Positions 11,006-21,700 of a stretch of DNA of 64,000 bases are shown here, in pieces. The stretch covers positions 453,062 to 517,061 of the forward strand of contig CP066698.1 of assembly GCA_016432645.1 (NCBI GenBank), in the 5' to 3' direction. Position 1 is the stretch's first letter. The number at the start of each line of letters is the position of its first letter. The DNA comes from Candidatus Falkowbacteria bacterium (lineage in GTDB: Bacteria; Patescibacteriota; Patescibacteriia; Patescibacteriales; UBA12465). Both the position numbers and the translations under genes were made by a program. A model generated the notes under the pieces. It was not told where the DNA came from. It was given only the letters and a program-made list of their open reading frames with translations, and did not search any database.

Positions 11006-14000
11006 TTAATTATTTATATATTGGTTATCCGTATAAGAAGAACCGGAATAATCATAATAATCAGCCGAACCGTCACAATAAGAACCGGCGGGGCAATTTG
11101 TACAAGCGGAAGCGCTGGTTCCGCCGCTACTAGAATTATACTTACCAGCCGGACAGCTGTATTTAATCCCACCACTACAATATGACCCGGCCGGGCAAGT
11201 AATACATAATTTATTTCCCGAATGACAATAAGTATAATCAACCATTAATCCCGACGGATAAGATATGCTATCTAAATAATAAGTTCCTGCCGGGCAAGTA
11301 TAGCAACTGGCGGCCGAGGTGGCATTACAATTAGAAGTAGTGCTCCCGGAACAAATATTTTGATGAGTATCGGTGCTGCCAGCCGGACAATACCAACCGG
11401 CAAAACAACCGCCGTCACAAGTACTGACAGTATTGCCATAGGAATAGCCCGCATAGCCAGCCGCACAGCTAGCCTTTAACCCGCCGCTACAATATGAGCC
11501 CGGCTCGCATTGCGTTTGTCCGGTTCTAGTAGTGGAAGTTCCGCCGGTAGTATAATAACCGGAGGAAACTGTATAGCGAGTGTTGTTGTTGCAATAATAT
11601 TGATTGGGCGAGGCCATATTATAACCACAATCATAACAAGTTGAACCGCTTAAATATTGACCGCTTGGACAGTTGCAGGTATCTACCGAACAAGTTGAAT
11701 AAGTATAATTGCTGGGACTCCAGCCACCAGAAGTACAAGTTTGAGTCTGACTGGAACAACTGGAACCGCAAGCGACCGAAGATGTAGAATACATTGTCTG
11801 TGTGCTTACTGAAGAATAACTGGTAGCCGAATAATTATTTGGACTCCAAGATCCTGATGATTGGCAGGTTTGGGTTTCGGAATTATATCCATAAACACCG
11901 CAGCTATTAGTCGCATCGGCATATCTAACCCTAGTACTTAAGGTCGGAGCTGAAGCGGCAGTATAGGTACCATTAAAAGCACCAGAAGATTGGCAGGTTT
12001 GGGTTTCGCTGTATGCTCCCCAGACGCCACAAGCAGAAGTGGCGGCGGCATACATAGTGCGGGTAGTGTTAGCAGGAGTCGAACTTAAAGTATAAGACCC
12101 TGACCAAGAGCCTGAGGATTGGCAAGTCTGGCTTTCACTATAATAACCATAAGTACCACAAGCGGAAGTGGCGGCCGCATAACGTGTACGCGTGCTCGCT
12201 GCAGGCGCGGAACTTAAAGTATAAGAACCACTCCAAGAGCCGGAAGCTTGGCAAGTCTGACCTTCACTACTATAACCATAGGTGCCGCAGGCGGAAGTGG
12301 CGGCTGCATACATAGTTCTGGTACTCGCCGAAGGCGCGGAACTCAAAGCATAAGAACCGCTCCAGGAGCCGGAAGCTTGGCAAGTCTGACTTTCACTAGC
12401 AGAACCATATGTTCCACAAGCAGAAGTCGCCGCCACATACATCGTGCGCGTACTCGCCGAAGGAGCGGATGTCAAAGTATATGTCCCATTAAACGAACCG
12501 GATGACTGACAAGTTTGAGTTTCGCTGTTGGCGCCGTAAGTGCCGCAAGCAGACGTTGCCGCCGCATAACGCGTGCGCGTAGTATTTGTGGGAATTGAAG
12601 CTAAAGAATAAGTGCCATTCCAAACACCGGTTGCTTGACAGGTTTGAGTTTCTTGAGCATAACCGTAAGTTCCACAAGCCGAACTTAAAGCCGCATACAT
12701 GGTTCTAGTCGCTCCTGGAGTACAACTACAACTGGTGCCGCAATCGCCGCAAGTCGCACAAGTTTCACCATTATTACAAACGCCGTCGCCGCAACGAGAT
12801 TCACAACCATCGGCGCAACTAGTATTAATATCAAAATAACCAGCATTACAAGCGGCTGATTCTCCGCTAACTGTTACCGTGCCGCTATTGCAATTGGCTG
12901 TACCGGAACAATTTCCCTGGGTAACCACTTTGGAAACTGCTTGAGTAAAGCCATAATTAATATTGGAAAAAGTATAACCATTAACCGTCCCGCCAACACA
13001 ATAAGAGGCGGTACAAGCTGAGGAAGAAGTAGAACCGGCCGGCGAAGTATAGCCAGAGGTACAAGCCGTACAAGACGCGGAACTAGTGCCATTAACTCCG
13101 GCATTATAAGTGTTAATCGGACAGGTTGTATGATTAGTGCCGCCCGTACAATAGTAACCAGCACCGCAATTACCACAAGTTGTATTCCCTGTAGTCGTAT
13201 TAAAATAGCCGGCGGCGCAAGCAACGCAAGCAGTGACGCTAGTTTGACCAGTTAAAGCATTGGCTGTCCCAGCGGCACAGGCAGTTTGCGTGGCGCTGGA
13301 ACTACCGGCCGGACAATAATAACCAGCCGCACAAGTACCGGCAATAATACCGCCAACACAATATGAACCGGCGGTACATTGAGTTTGCCCGGTTCTAGTG
13401 GTGGAAGTTCCGCCAGTCGTGTAATAGCCGGTAGTAACATCAAAACAAGCCGCATCGCCACCATCAGACCATTTAGCATCCGAACCACAAGCGGTTTGAT
13501 CGCCACCGGTACAATAATACCCGGCACCGCAAACGGCTTGTCCGGTTCTAGTGGTGATCGTCCCTCCAGTAGTGTAGTAACCAGTTGAAACTGTAAAACA
13601 AGCAGCATCACCACCATCAGACCATTTATCATTGGCACCGCAAGCAAAGCGGCGATAATCATTAGCCGGAGAATAATAACCAGCTTCTACCAATTGGCAA
13701 ATACCATCGCGATTACTATCATAATAACCGGCCGCACAAGTATAAGAACCTGAAGGAGTAGAATTATAACCAACCGTACAAATACCGCTCGTCGCGCTCA
13801 CGTTACCGGTCGCGCAACAATAACCGTCAGAACAAGTTGTACAAGTTCCCGAACCTGGAGCGCTACTATAAGTACTGAAAGCGCAGGCTGACTGCGTACC
13901 ATTAGTACAGTAACTACCGGCGGCGCATTGCGTCTGCCCAGTTCTGGTTGTGGCTGTTCCGCCGGTGGTGTAATAACCCGCAGAAACCGTAAAACAAGCA

Positions 14001-14713
14001 GCCTCGCCCCCATCAGCCCATTTATCATTTGCGCCGCAAGGATATTGTTGATAATCATTTACAGGAGAATAATAACCGGGCAAAGTAGCCTCACAAACAC
14101 CATCACGATTACTATCATAATAACCGGCCGCACAAGTATAAATACCGGTTGTTGCCGAATTATAGCCAGCGGCACAGGCATTGCTACTGCTAGTAGTATT
14201 CCCTGTTCCGCAGCAAAAACCATCACTACAAAGATTGGAAGTACCCGAAGTACAATAATAAGCATAACCACATTGCGCCTGTCCGGTTCTGGTTATAGTC
14301 GTGCCGCCGGTAGAATAATAACCAGTGCTAACCGCTGAACGGCTGCAATCGCCAACGCAATAATTTGGATTACCACCGCAAGCCGTACAAACGCTCGCAT
14401 TCAAATAATAACCAGCCGAGCAAGCACAACAACTGGCTAAAGTTATTTCTGCTGGTTTATGAGAAACAAAAACATTCCACTCGTTAAGCGATTTAGTCGG
14501 AATAAAAAAATTCTTGGTCAGCGAACTATTGGAAACTACTTGGCAAATATCGCCGGAGGCGCTAGGAACGGTAATAGAGGTTCCGGAAGTATTCTTAGAG
14601 GCGACCCAACCGGTTGAAACCGTATTGTAAGTTCCAGCTAAAGCAATAAGCGGCAAAAAAATAAAAGCCGCCGCCACTAAATAACTCTTAAATTTTGAAA
14701 AGCGCTTGACCAT
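11006..14713 (-). CDS. Large secreted cysteine-rich repeat protein (1235 aa)
   Basis: Signal peptide; many CxAG(Y/S)YC units; five GYYxTGGTxxTRTGQxxC motifs; eight 43-aa tandem repeats. Confidence 0.9.
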   Translation of the reverse strand: MVKRFSKFKSYLVAAAFIFLPLIALAGTYNTVSTGWVASKNTSGTSITVPSASGDICQVVSNSSLTKNFFIPTKSLNEWNVFVSHKPAEITLASCCACSAGYYLNASVCTACGGNPNYCVGDCSRSAVSTGYYSTGGTTITRTGQAQCGYAYYCTSGTSNLCSDGFCCGTGNTTSSSNACAAGYNSATTGIYTCAAGYYDSNRDGVCEATLPGYYSPVNDYQQYPCGANDKWADGGEAACFTVSAGYYTTGGTATTRTGQTQCAAGSYCTNGTQSACAFSTYSSAPGSGTCTTCSDGYCCATGNVSATSGICTVGYNSTPSGSYTCAAGYYDSNRDGICQLVEAGYYSPANDYRRFACGANDKWSDGGDAACFTVSTGYYTTGGTITTRTGQAVCGAGYYCTGGDQTACGSDAKWSDGGDAACFDVTTGYYTTGGTSTTRTGQTQCTAGSYCVGGIIAGTCAAGYYCPAGSSSATQTACAAGTANALTGQTSVTACVACAAGYFNTTTGNTTCGNCGAGYYCTGGTNHTTCPINTYNAGVNGTSSASCTACTSGYTSPAGSTSSSACTASYCVGGTVNGYTFSNINYGFTQAVSKVVTQGNCSGTANCNSGTVTVSGESAACNAGYFDINTSCADGCESRCGDGVCNNGETCATCGDCGTSCSCTPGATRTMYAALSSACGTYGYAQETQTCQATGVWNGTYSLASIPTNTTRTRYAAATSACGTYGANSETQTCQSSGSFNGTYTLTSAPSASTRTMYVAATSACGTYGSASESQTCQASGSWSGSYALSSAPSASTRTMYAAATSACGTYGYSSEGQTCQASGSWSGSYTLSSAPAASTRTRYAAATSACGTYGYYSESQTCQSSGSWSGSYTLSSTPANTTRTMYAAATSACGVWGAYSETQTCQSSGAFNGTYTAASAPTLSTRVRYADATNSCGVYGYNSETQTCQSSGSWSPNNYSATSYSSVSTQTMYSTSSVACGSSCSSQTQTCTSGGWSPSNYTYSTCSVDTCNCPSGQYLSGSTCYDCGYNMASPNQYYCNNNTRYTVSSGYYTTGGTSTTRTGQTQCEPGSYCSGGLKASCAAGYAGYSYGNTVSTCDGGCFAGWYCPAGSTDTHQNICSGSTTSNCNATSAASCYTCPAGTYYLDSISYPSGLMVDYTYCHSGNKLCITCPAGSYCSGGIKYSCPAGKYNSSSGGTSASACTNCPAGSYCDGSADYYDYSGSSYTDNQYINN
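11690..12715 (-). repeat. Coding tandem repeat, about 8 x 129 bp (43 aa)
   Basis: Unit xxTRTMYAAATSACGTYGxxSExQTCQxSGSWSGSYxLSSAP; TTGGCAAGTCTGAC recurs at 12248 and 12377 (129 bp apart). Confidence 0.9.
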
Positions 14714-14745
14714 ACGCGTGGGTTTTAATTTTTGCTTATCCTCTG

Positions 14746-15270
14746 TTATTTAGACAATTCTTTAACCTGAGCTTTCAATAAATCAATTTCTGCCTGCTGT
14801 TCTTTAACAGCTTCAATTAATAAGGCAACGATATTGCCATACTTAACCGCCTTCAAACCATCATTACCGGTTACTACTAATTCCGGAACTACTTTTTCAA
14901 CCTCTTGAGCAATCAAACCGATTTCTGCCTGGCCGTCTTTTTTCCAATTGAAAGATACGCCTTCCAAGGAATTAATTTTGTTCAGTGCGCCTGAGAGTTG
15001 AGCAACATTATCTTTTAACCTCAAATCGGAAGAATATAAAAATTCAGTGGCCGTTATGGAACCGGAAGAAACTAAATTAGCGCCGTCATTAGTTAAGACG
15101 CTGCTGGCTTCCCAGCCACTGGCACCATAGCGCAAAGTTTGTGCGCTAGTTCCATTCGGCAAACCGCTGCCCAAATAAGCGGCCTCTACCGGTTTATTAA
15201 AATTAATCAAAACCGCACCAGCCGTTAAGACAACTAACAATCCGAAGGAAATTAATAATTTCTTGTACAT
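14746..15270 (-). CDS. Secreted stand-alone tail-fibre intramolecular chaperone (peptidase S74 domain)
   Basis: Signal peptide; YSSDLRLKDN autocleavage motif, FNWK, GLIAQEVEKVVPELV, VKY..IVALLIEAVKEQQ coiled-coil end. Confidence 0.9.
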   Translation of the reverse strand: MYKKLLISFGLLVVLTAGAVLINFNKPVEAAYLGSGLPNGTSAQTLRYGASGWEASSVLTNDGANLVSSGSITATEFLYSSDLRLKDNVAQLSGALNKINSLEGVSFNWKKDGQAEIGLIAQEVEKVVPELVVTGNDGLKAVKYGNIVALLIEAVKEQQAEIDLLKAQVKELSK

Positions 15271-15296
15271 ATTTTTATTTTTAAATTAATAACAAT

Positions 15297-17807
15297 TTAG
15301 TAGATAAACCAATCAGAGCCGTTACAATAAACCGGCGTGGAATTATAAGAGTCTAAAGAAATGGTATTTTGGCCGGCGATTGTCGTTGCTCCTTCTGGAT
15401 CAATTATCACTGCAAAAGTACTGCTGGCCTCATTAACAACAATAAATGTGCGGCCGGAAGCACAAAGCGCAGTCGGTAAAGTCACGGTGCGGTCTGCGGT
15501 TAAAGAAGTATAGGCAATAATATAATCAGTCGCCAGTGCGGTATAATTTGTATTAGCAACTGCTGTTCTCTTATTAATAATACCGCCACCAAAACTAAGC
15601 GCTGAAGAGACTTCAGATAAAAGTCCTTGATATAGAGCGCCAGTATTATCGGCTACTACATACTTATTACCCGCTCCACCCAGTAAAGAATGGGTGGTGG
15701 CCAGAGTGTTGCGTAAGGAGCCGACAATATCTAATTTTGCTGCCGGATTAGTAATTCCAATCCCCACGTTGCCGGTATTATAATAAATTGAAGTTCCATT
15801 AGTAGTCCACTGGCTAGAAGAAAATGCTGTACCATTTACCCGGAAAGCGCCAGTAACATTAACATCCCCAACCACATCTAATTTATACAGCGGACTGGAA
15901 GTACCGATGCCAATATTGCCATTAGCAAATAGATTTCTAATATTTAAATCGCGATAAGCACTCAGAGTTCCGGCAGTAACCGTGACGCCGTCATAAATTT
16001 CTAAAGCACCGGTGGTTGTTCGGCGTAAGCCGACATCTTTGGTGCCGCTATAAGCAGTCGTGCCCGACCAAGCAAACGGAAAATCTTTATTCAAATAAAG
16101 ATAAGAAGAAGTTAAATAATAATTACCAGCTTGATCTAATAAGTTGGGGATATAAACATTGGTGTCGCCCGTTCTCTTTTGAATTGCCATGCTGCCGGTC
16201 TCTGAATAAGTAGAAACCGCGCCATCACTGGCAATTTCGACTGCGCGGCTATAAACACCCCACAAGGTATAAGATAAATTACTATAGTTAGCGCTATAAG
16301 CACTATCAACAGTAACTACTGAAGTTGAGGTGTAGCCCGTAATAATTCGACTCTCGCCGTTAATTGTCAGACGTGAACCAATCATACTGGCGGAAAATTG
16401 AAAATTGACAACCGGGTTAAGAATTGTAACTGTTGTGCCGCTAGTACTGATACTTTGATTGGAATTCGGATTAAACCATTTTTTAATATGATAAAGGATG
16501 CTAACATTACTATTACTAATAAAGGCGGTTGGGGTCATAGAAAATAAAGACCCCGTATTATCAGACATCACAATGACATTGCCAGCTCCGCCAAGCAAAG
16601 ATAGCTGAGTGCTGCCGTTATTAATTATTCCAGGATTAGCGCCAGCGTTAATATTAAGTCTGGCAACTGGGCTGCTTGTTCCAATCCCGACATTACCCAA
16701 ACTACTAACAAATACTCCTTCATTGCCGCCATCACCGGACAACCAATAATTTCCTAATCTAATATTTTGTGTGGCAATATGATCGCCTAAATTATCACCG
16801 CCGGTTGCCGTTCCACAATCTGCAGTTTTTGCAGCTAAATTACCGGAGGCATCGACATAAACGCAGCGATTTCCACTACCGGACAGGGCGGTAGTAATCT
16901 GACCATTTAAATAACTAGTGCCGACAACCGTTAATTTATATAAAGGAGTGGTAGTTCCAATCCCCACGTTCCCTGCTCCGGCATCACCATTATAAATCGT
17001 GCCATTTTTAGTTCCGCTCCATAAGCTAGTTGGGGAATAAGAACTGAAAAAAGCAGCCGTAGTTGTTGAATATAAAGTTCCGGAATTATCCGCCATAATT
17101 ACCACATTACCAGCTGCGCCTAACAAGGGAAATTGAATGCTGCCGTTACCAATTAAACCGGGGTTAGCTCCAGGATTAATATATAATCTAGCCGTTGGAT
17201 TGGTAATGCCAATGCCTAAATTACCGGAATTTAAAATAGTAACTTTATCAGTACCGGCGGTTTGAAATTTTATTCCATAGGCTTGATTATTTAATAAGGT
17301 ATATCCCGTCGCTGAGTCATATAATTTTAAAGTGGCATAACTAGCACCGGCAGGATAGCCATAAATAGAGCCGCCGCCAAAAAGATTAGCCGCGATAGCA
17401 ATATTCCCTTGAACTTCTAATTTTTGCGATGGTGTACTTGTTCCGATTCCAACATTCCCCGCCAGCCCAATATTGGTTCCGTTCAAATTTAATTGCGCAC
17501 CTGAAGCGTTTTCTAAATAAAGATTCCCGGTATTAGTATAAATACCGCCGACCGGATTCCCGACACGCGTAAATTGCAAACCCCAGTAACCGTCCGGTAC
17601 TTCAATTCTCAATTTTTCATTAGCACCAACAGCCCCAGTTCCGATACCAAAATTACCGCCGGTATAAATCGTGTCCGTGGTTGTTCCGAGACTAATTGAT
17701 TTCGCTTGAACCTGAGTCATTAAACCGAACATAAAAAGGCCGGCCAAAGAAAAAATCAGCAGTGCCAGCCTGTTTTTGTTATGTTTAGAATATGAGGAAA
17801 TTAGCAT
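15297..17807 (-). CDS. Secreted tail-fibre-like beta-repeat protein 3 (836 aa)
   Basis: Signal peptide; about 7 GNxGIG repeats; C-terminal NYTA...TVTLP...GRTF...NGSDWFI module resembling phage fibre tips. Confidence 0.85.
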   Translation of the reverse strand: MLISSYSKHNKNRLALLIFSLAGLFMFGLMTQVQAKSISLGTTTDTIYTGGNFGIGTGAVGANEKLRIEVPDGYWGLQFTRVGNPVGGIYTNTGNLYLENASGAQLNLNGTNIGLAGNVGIGTSTPSQKLEVQGNIAIAANLFGGGSIYGYPAGASYATLKLYDSATGYTLLNNQAYGIKFQTAGTDKVTILNSGNLGIGITNPTARLYINPGANPGLIGNGSIQFPLLGAAGNVVIMADNSGTLYSTTTAAFFSSYSPTSLWSGTKNGTIYNGDAGAGNVGIGTTTPLYKLTVVGTSYLNGQITTALSGSGNRCVYVDASGNLAAKTADCGTATGGDNLGDHIATQNIRLGNYWLSGDGGNEGVFVSSLGNVGIGTSSPVARLNINAGANPGIINNGSTQLSLLGGAGNVIVMSDNTGSLFSMTPTAFISNSNVSILYHIKKWFNPNSNQSISTSGTTVTILNPVVNFQFSASMIGSRLTINGESRIITGYTSTSVVTVDSAYSANYSNLSYTLWGVYSRAVEIASDGAVSTYSETGSMAIQKRTGDTNVYIPNLLDQAGNYYLTSSYLYLNKDFPFAWSGTTAYSGTKDVGLRRTTTGALEIYDGVTVTAGTLSAYRDLNIRNLFANGNIGIGTSSPLYKLDVVGDVNVTGAFRVNGTAFSSSQWTTNGTSIYYNTGNVGIGITNPAAKLDIVGSLRNTLATTHSLLGGAGNKYVVADNTGALYQGLLSEVSSALSFGGGIINKRTAVANTNYTALATDYIIAYTSLTADRTVTLPTALCASGRTFIVVNEASSTFAVIIDPEGATTIAGQNTISLDSYNSTPVYCNGSDWFIY

Positions 17808-17878
17808 AGAAATACTCCTCGTTTTAATTTTATGTTAGTCTATTTCCAACACAAAAACTAATTGTGTAAGTTATCTCT

Positions 17879-17907
17879 ATTATAACATTTTTCCAAATAT
17901 AGGGCAA
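17879..17907 (-). promoter_or_regulatory. sigma70-type promoter for the 17807-9650 transcription unit
   Basis: Minus strand TTGCCC-17 nt-TATAAT with extended TG. Confidence 0.6.
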
Positions 17908-17929
17908 CGGGTTATAAGGGCTTAAAAAC

Positions 17930-17960
17930 AAAAAACGCGAGCTAAGAAACTCGCGTCTTT
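17930..17960 (-). terminator. Intrinsic terminator
   Basis: AAAAAACGCGAG-ctaagaaa-CTCGCGT hairpin. Confidence 0.65.
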
Positions 17961-17978
17961 TAAGTCTATTTTCAGAAT

Positions 17979-18671
17979 TTATTTAACAATCATTTTACCG
18001 ACTTCGCCAGCTTCGGCATGACCCGGAGAAGCACAACGGAAAGTATATTCACCAGCAGTTGTCGGAGCATTAAAAGTAATCGCCTTGGTTTGTCCCGGCC
18101 CGACTAAAATCGCGATAGCCGCGAGACTTGGATCATCGAAAGCGATAACGTGAGAGTAAGAATCAACTCCAGTTAAGGTAAAGGTGGTTGGAGCGCCGAC
18201 AGTTGTCGAGAATGAAGTTGGGCTAAATTTATTGTTGCCAACACTGATACCGACAACATCCTTAGAAATTTCTTCCTTGTTCAAAAATCCGGTTTGTTTA
18301 GGTGCATTTTCCGTCATCGGCTGAGCATTATTATCCGTAACTTGACCGGTTGCGGTCACGACTTTATTGTCAGCAGAAATTGGGTTAGCCCCAGGAACGA
18401 CAACTTTAGCTCCCTCTAAATTAGCGACGTTAGCCTCTTGTAAAGAAGCAGAATTGACTGGAGTAGAAGCGTCTTGCCCTTCTTGGGCAGTCTCAGCGGC
18501 ATTTTCCTGATTAACCGCTCCTCCTTGATTATTAGTAGTTGGCGCCTCATTCTTTTTGCTGGCTAACATTGCTATCACAATAATGACGACAACAAGTAAG
18601 ACTGCAGCAAGAATAAGCACTAACTTGTTCGGCTTCTTAGCGCCGACGTTTGCGTTTTCTTGAGTCTCCAT
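17979..18671 (-). CDS. Membrane-anchored cupredoxin-domain protein
   Basis: TM, low-complexity linker, SHV...VGPGQTKAITF...GEYTFRCASPGHAEAGEVGKMIVK (His/Cys/His ligands). Confidence 0.85.
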   Translation of the reverse strand: METQENANVGAKKPNKLVLILAAVLLVVVIIVIAMLASKKNEAPTTNNQGGAVNQENAAETAQEGQDASTPVNSASLQEANVANLEGAKVVVPGANPISADNKVVTATGQVTDNNAQPMTENAPKQTGFLNKEEISKDVVGISVGNNKFSPTSFSTTVGAPTTFTLTGVDSYSHVIAFDDPSLAAIAILVGPGQTKAITFNAPTTAGEYTFRCASPGHAEAGEVGKMIVK

Positions 18672-18718
18672 AAATTTATTAATTTAATTATATATTAATT
18701 ATAGTCTTTTTTAATTTT

Positions 18719-21700
18719 TTATTCAATAACGAAACCGGCTTTTTCTGTCTGGTCAAGCGACTTTGTCGGCCAGTTTCTCCAATCAATACGGCGTCCAGAT
18801 AAGCGATAGGAAATTGTGGTCGGTCTATCGGCGCGGAAAATAATTTTATTGCCCTCTATCTTATAATATACTTGGGCAAAATTACCATAAGGAGTAGCAA
18901 CAACTTCAACATTCTCGCTTGAAAAATCAACCGTCTTTCTCCAGACCCAAAGATCGCTGCCAGCAGCTAAAGTATTAAAATCAATAACATATTCTCGTTC
19001 ACCATCAGCGGTCAAATTATTAATTTTTACCCGACCAAGATATTCTTCTTTAACGCCGCCAGCAATAGATGAGGCAAAGGTGGAATAATTTATCCCCTGA
19101 ATATTATATAGAGGGTCAATCGTATTAACTGTTAATTTATTGATGTTGGTAATATTATTACCGCCCATATTCAAGTTGCCGCTTAAGCTGCCACCGGTTA
19201 GTGGTAAATAACTGCCGCTGCCGCCAATAAAGCCCGCGGTACTGGTGGAATATAAATTACCATTATTATCAGCCATCACTAGAACTTCCCCGCCGCCGCC
19301 TAGCAAGGAATGGGTCGTGGCTAGGGTGTTGCGGAAAGTACCCGTAACATCAAGCTTAACGGAAGGATTAGTTATACCAATACCGACGTTGCCGCCGTTT
19401 GGATTAAGCAACAAAGAATAACTTAAACTTAAATCTGATTTATTAGTTGCCTGCAACCAAGTTCCGGAAGAACTGCCACCGGTTCCCATGTCCAACACCA
19501 CGTTGCCACTAGTAGCGGCTTCAATTCTTAAAGCGCCATAAGTCTGAGTGGAAGTAGCAATGGTCTGCGGTAATCCATAAGTAACCTGATTGATATCTAA
19601 TTTAGCTCCAGGAGTTGCAAAGCCAATCCCCACATTACCAGAATCGCGTTCAATAGCCATTCTAGTATTAACTGTGGTGCCATTGCCGCTGTTTAAATTA
19701 AAATAATTACTGCTTCCATTATAAAGGACCCTAAATCCGTAAGTTCCGGCAGTGCCAAAGGCGCCAGTTCCTTCCAATAAATCAATTAAAGTAGAAGTTG
19801 AGTTTACCGCGCCTGTTATGCGTATCCCTGCGCCAGTAGCTTCATATAATTCCAATTTACTAATTGGATTTGTCACCCCAATCCCGACATTACCTGCTCC
19901 TGAATCACCGTTCCAAATATTGCCATTTAAAGTTCCTCCCCATAAACTGGTACCGCCGGAAAGCAAAGAAGCGGTGCTAGTTGCATAAAGCGCGCCAGTG
20001 TTATCTGCCATAACCACCACGTTACCTGCCCCGCCTAACAAGGAGTGGGTTGTGGCGAGGGTATTGCGAAGAGTTCCAGAAACGTCTAATTTTGTACCCG
20101 GGCTAGTTTGACCGATACCGACATTGCCAGCCGAATTTATAACCATACGAGCCGATGCCGCAACAGCGCCGTTTGTATTATCCCAAAAAGTCAAGGTGCC
20201 GGCACCAGGATAATCTCCAGTTCCAGTTGATATAATAGAAAATTCTCTACCACCAGTATCAGTAGATTCTAATGTAATACCCGTCCCAGCTGGATCACTA
20301 GAAATAACACGTAATTGATTAGTATAGTTACCGCCACTGATATCAAGTTTATGAACAGGACTTGTCGTTCCAATTCCGACATTTCCGGAAGACTTAAACG
20401 TAACCAAATCTCCAGTTCCTAATCCCCCAGTAGTATTATTAACATAGGATAATTTAAAATCATTGCTTGTATTATCTCGACCCAGAGTCCAAGTTTCTGC
20501 TCCATTGTTTGATTTAACAAATCTAATATCACTATCATCGCCCAAAGCGCTAGTTGAATTTATTTTTAAAGTTGCGGTACTAGTACTAGACAAATGTAAC
20601 AAAGCTGTCGGACTAGTAGTCCCCATGCCGATATTACCACTATTTATTATTCTCATTCTTTCATTATGATTACCAGTTTCTCCAGTCAAAAAACCGATGT
20701 ATGAATTAGTATCTGAAGTAGAGAGACTATAACCAATAATTTGAGCCGTACTTGCTCCCCAATTTATTGTACCTCCGCTGTTGACTAAGTAACTGTTAGC
20801 TCTAAAGGCGCCGTCAACATACAAACCTTCCGCTCCCATCCAAGATGGATAGGCGGTATCACCAATCACAACGCCGTTAGTACCGCTGGTTACAATCTGT
20901 AATTTAGTTGAAGGCGTTGTTGTTCCAATACCAACATTTCCTGCTCCTGCGTCACCATTATATATTGTTCCATTTAAAGTTCCTCCCCATAAACTGGTGC
21001 CGCCAGAAAGTAAAGAAGCTGTACTTGTCGCATAAAGCGCCCCGGTGTTATCTGCCATAACCACCACGTTGCCCGCACCGCCGAGCAAAGAGTGGGTTGT
21101 AGCGAGGGTGTTACGAAGGGCGCCAATAACATCTAATTTCACTGCTGGACTTGTCGTTCCGATACCAAGATTGCCATTTGTTAGAATCGACATACCGGTC
21201 CATAATCCAGTATTTATATAACTAGAGGCAGCGCTAGTTTTATAACCTATATCAAGTCTGTAGCTGCTACTAACTCCTCTGGCACCAAATATCCAATGCC
21301 TATTATCACCTGAATTAACAACATTAGTTAATACTAATGCAGATGCGTCATTACCAGCATCACTAGACACAATTTGCAGGCTTGACTCTGCGTCTTCTAT
21401 AGTAAGTACGCTACCAGTATCATAATGAGTGCCACTAACCAAACTACGAGCTGTATGTAATTTCGCTGCAGGATTTGTCGTCCCAATCCCGACATTGCCA
21501 ACGCTATTAATAACAAATTCATCAGTAAATGTATTTGCGGCGCCAATATCGCCACCGCTAGAACGCGCTATTACAAAACTAGTAGAAGAACTATGGGTCA
21601 ACTTTGGTGCCGAACCGCTCTTTTTTGTATACCCCAATCTTGGCGGATTATTAGTATCCATGCCAAAAAAAGTATCATCCGTGTTACCAAGAATGCTGCC

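Noticed and set aside
11690..12715. CRISPR array
   Set aside because: The repeats are in-frame 129-bp coding units with synonymous variation, with no unique spacers and no cas genes.
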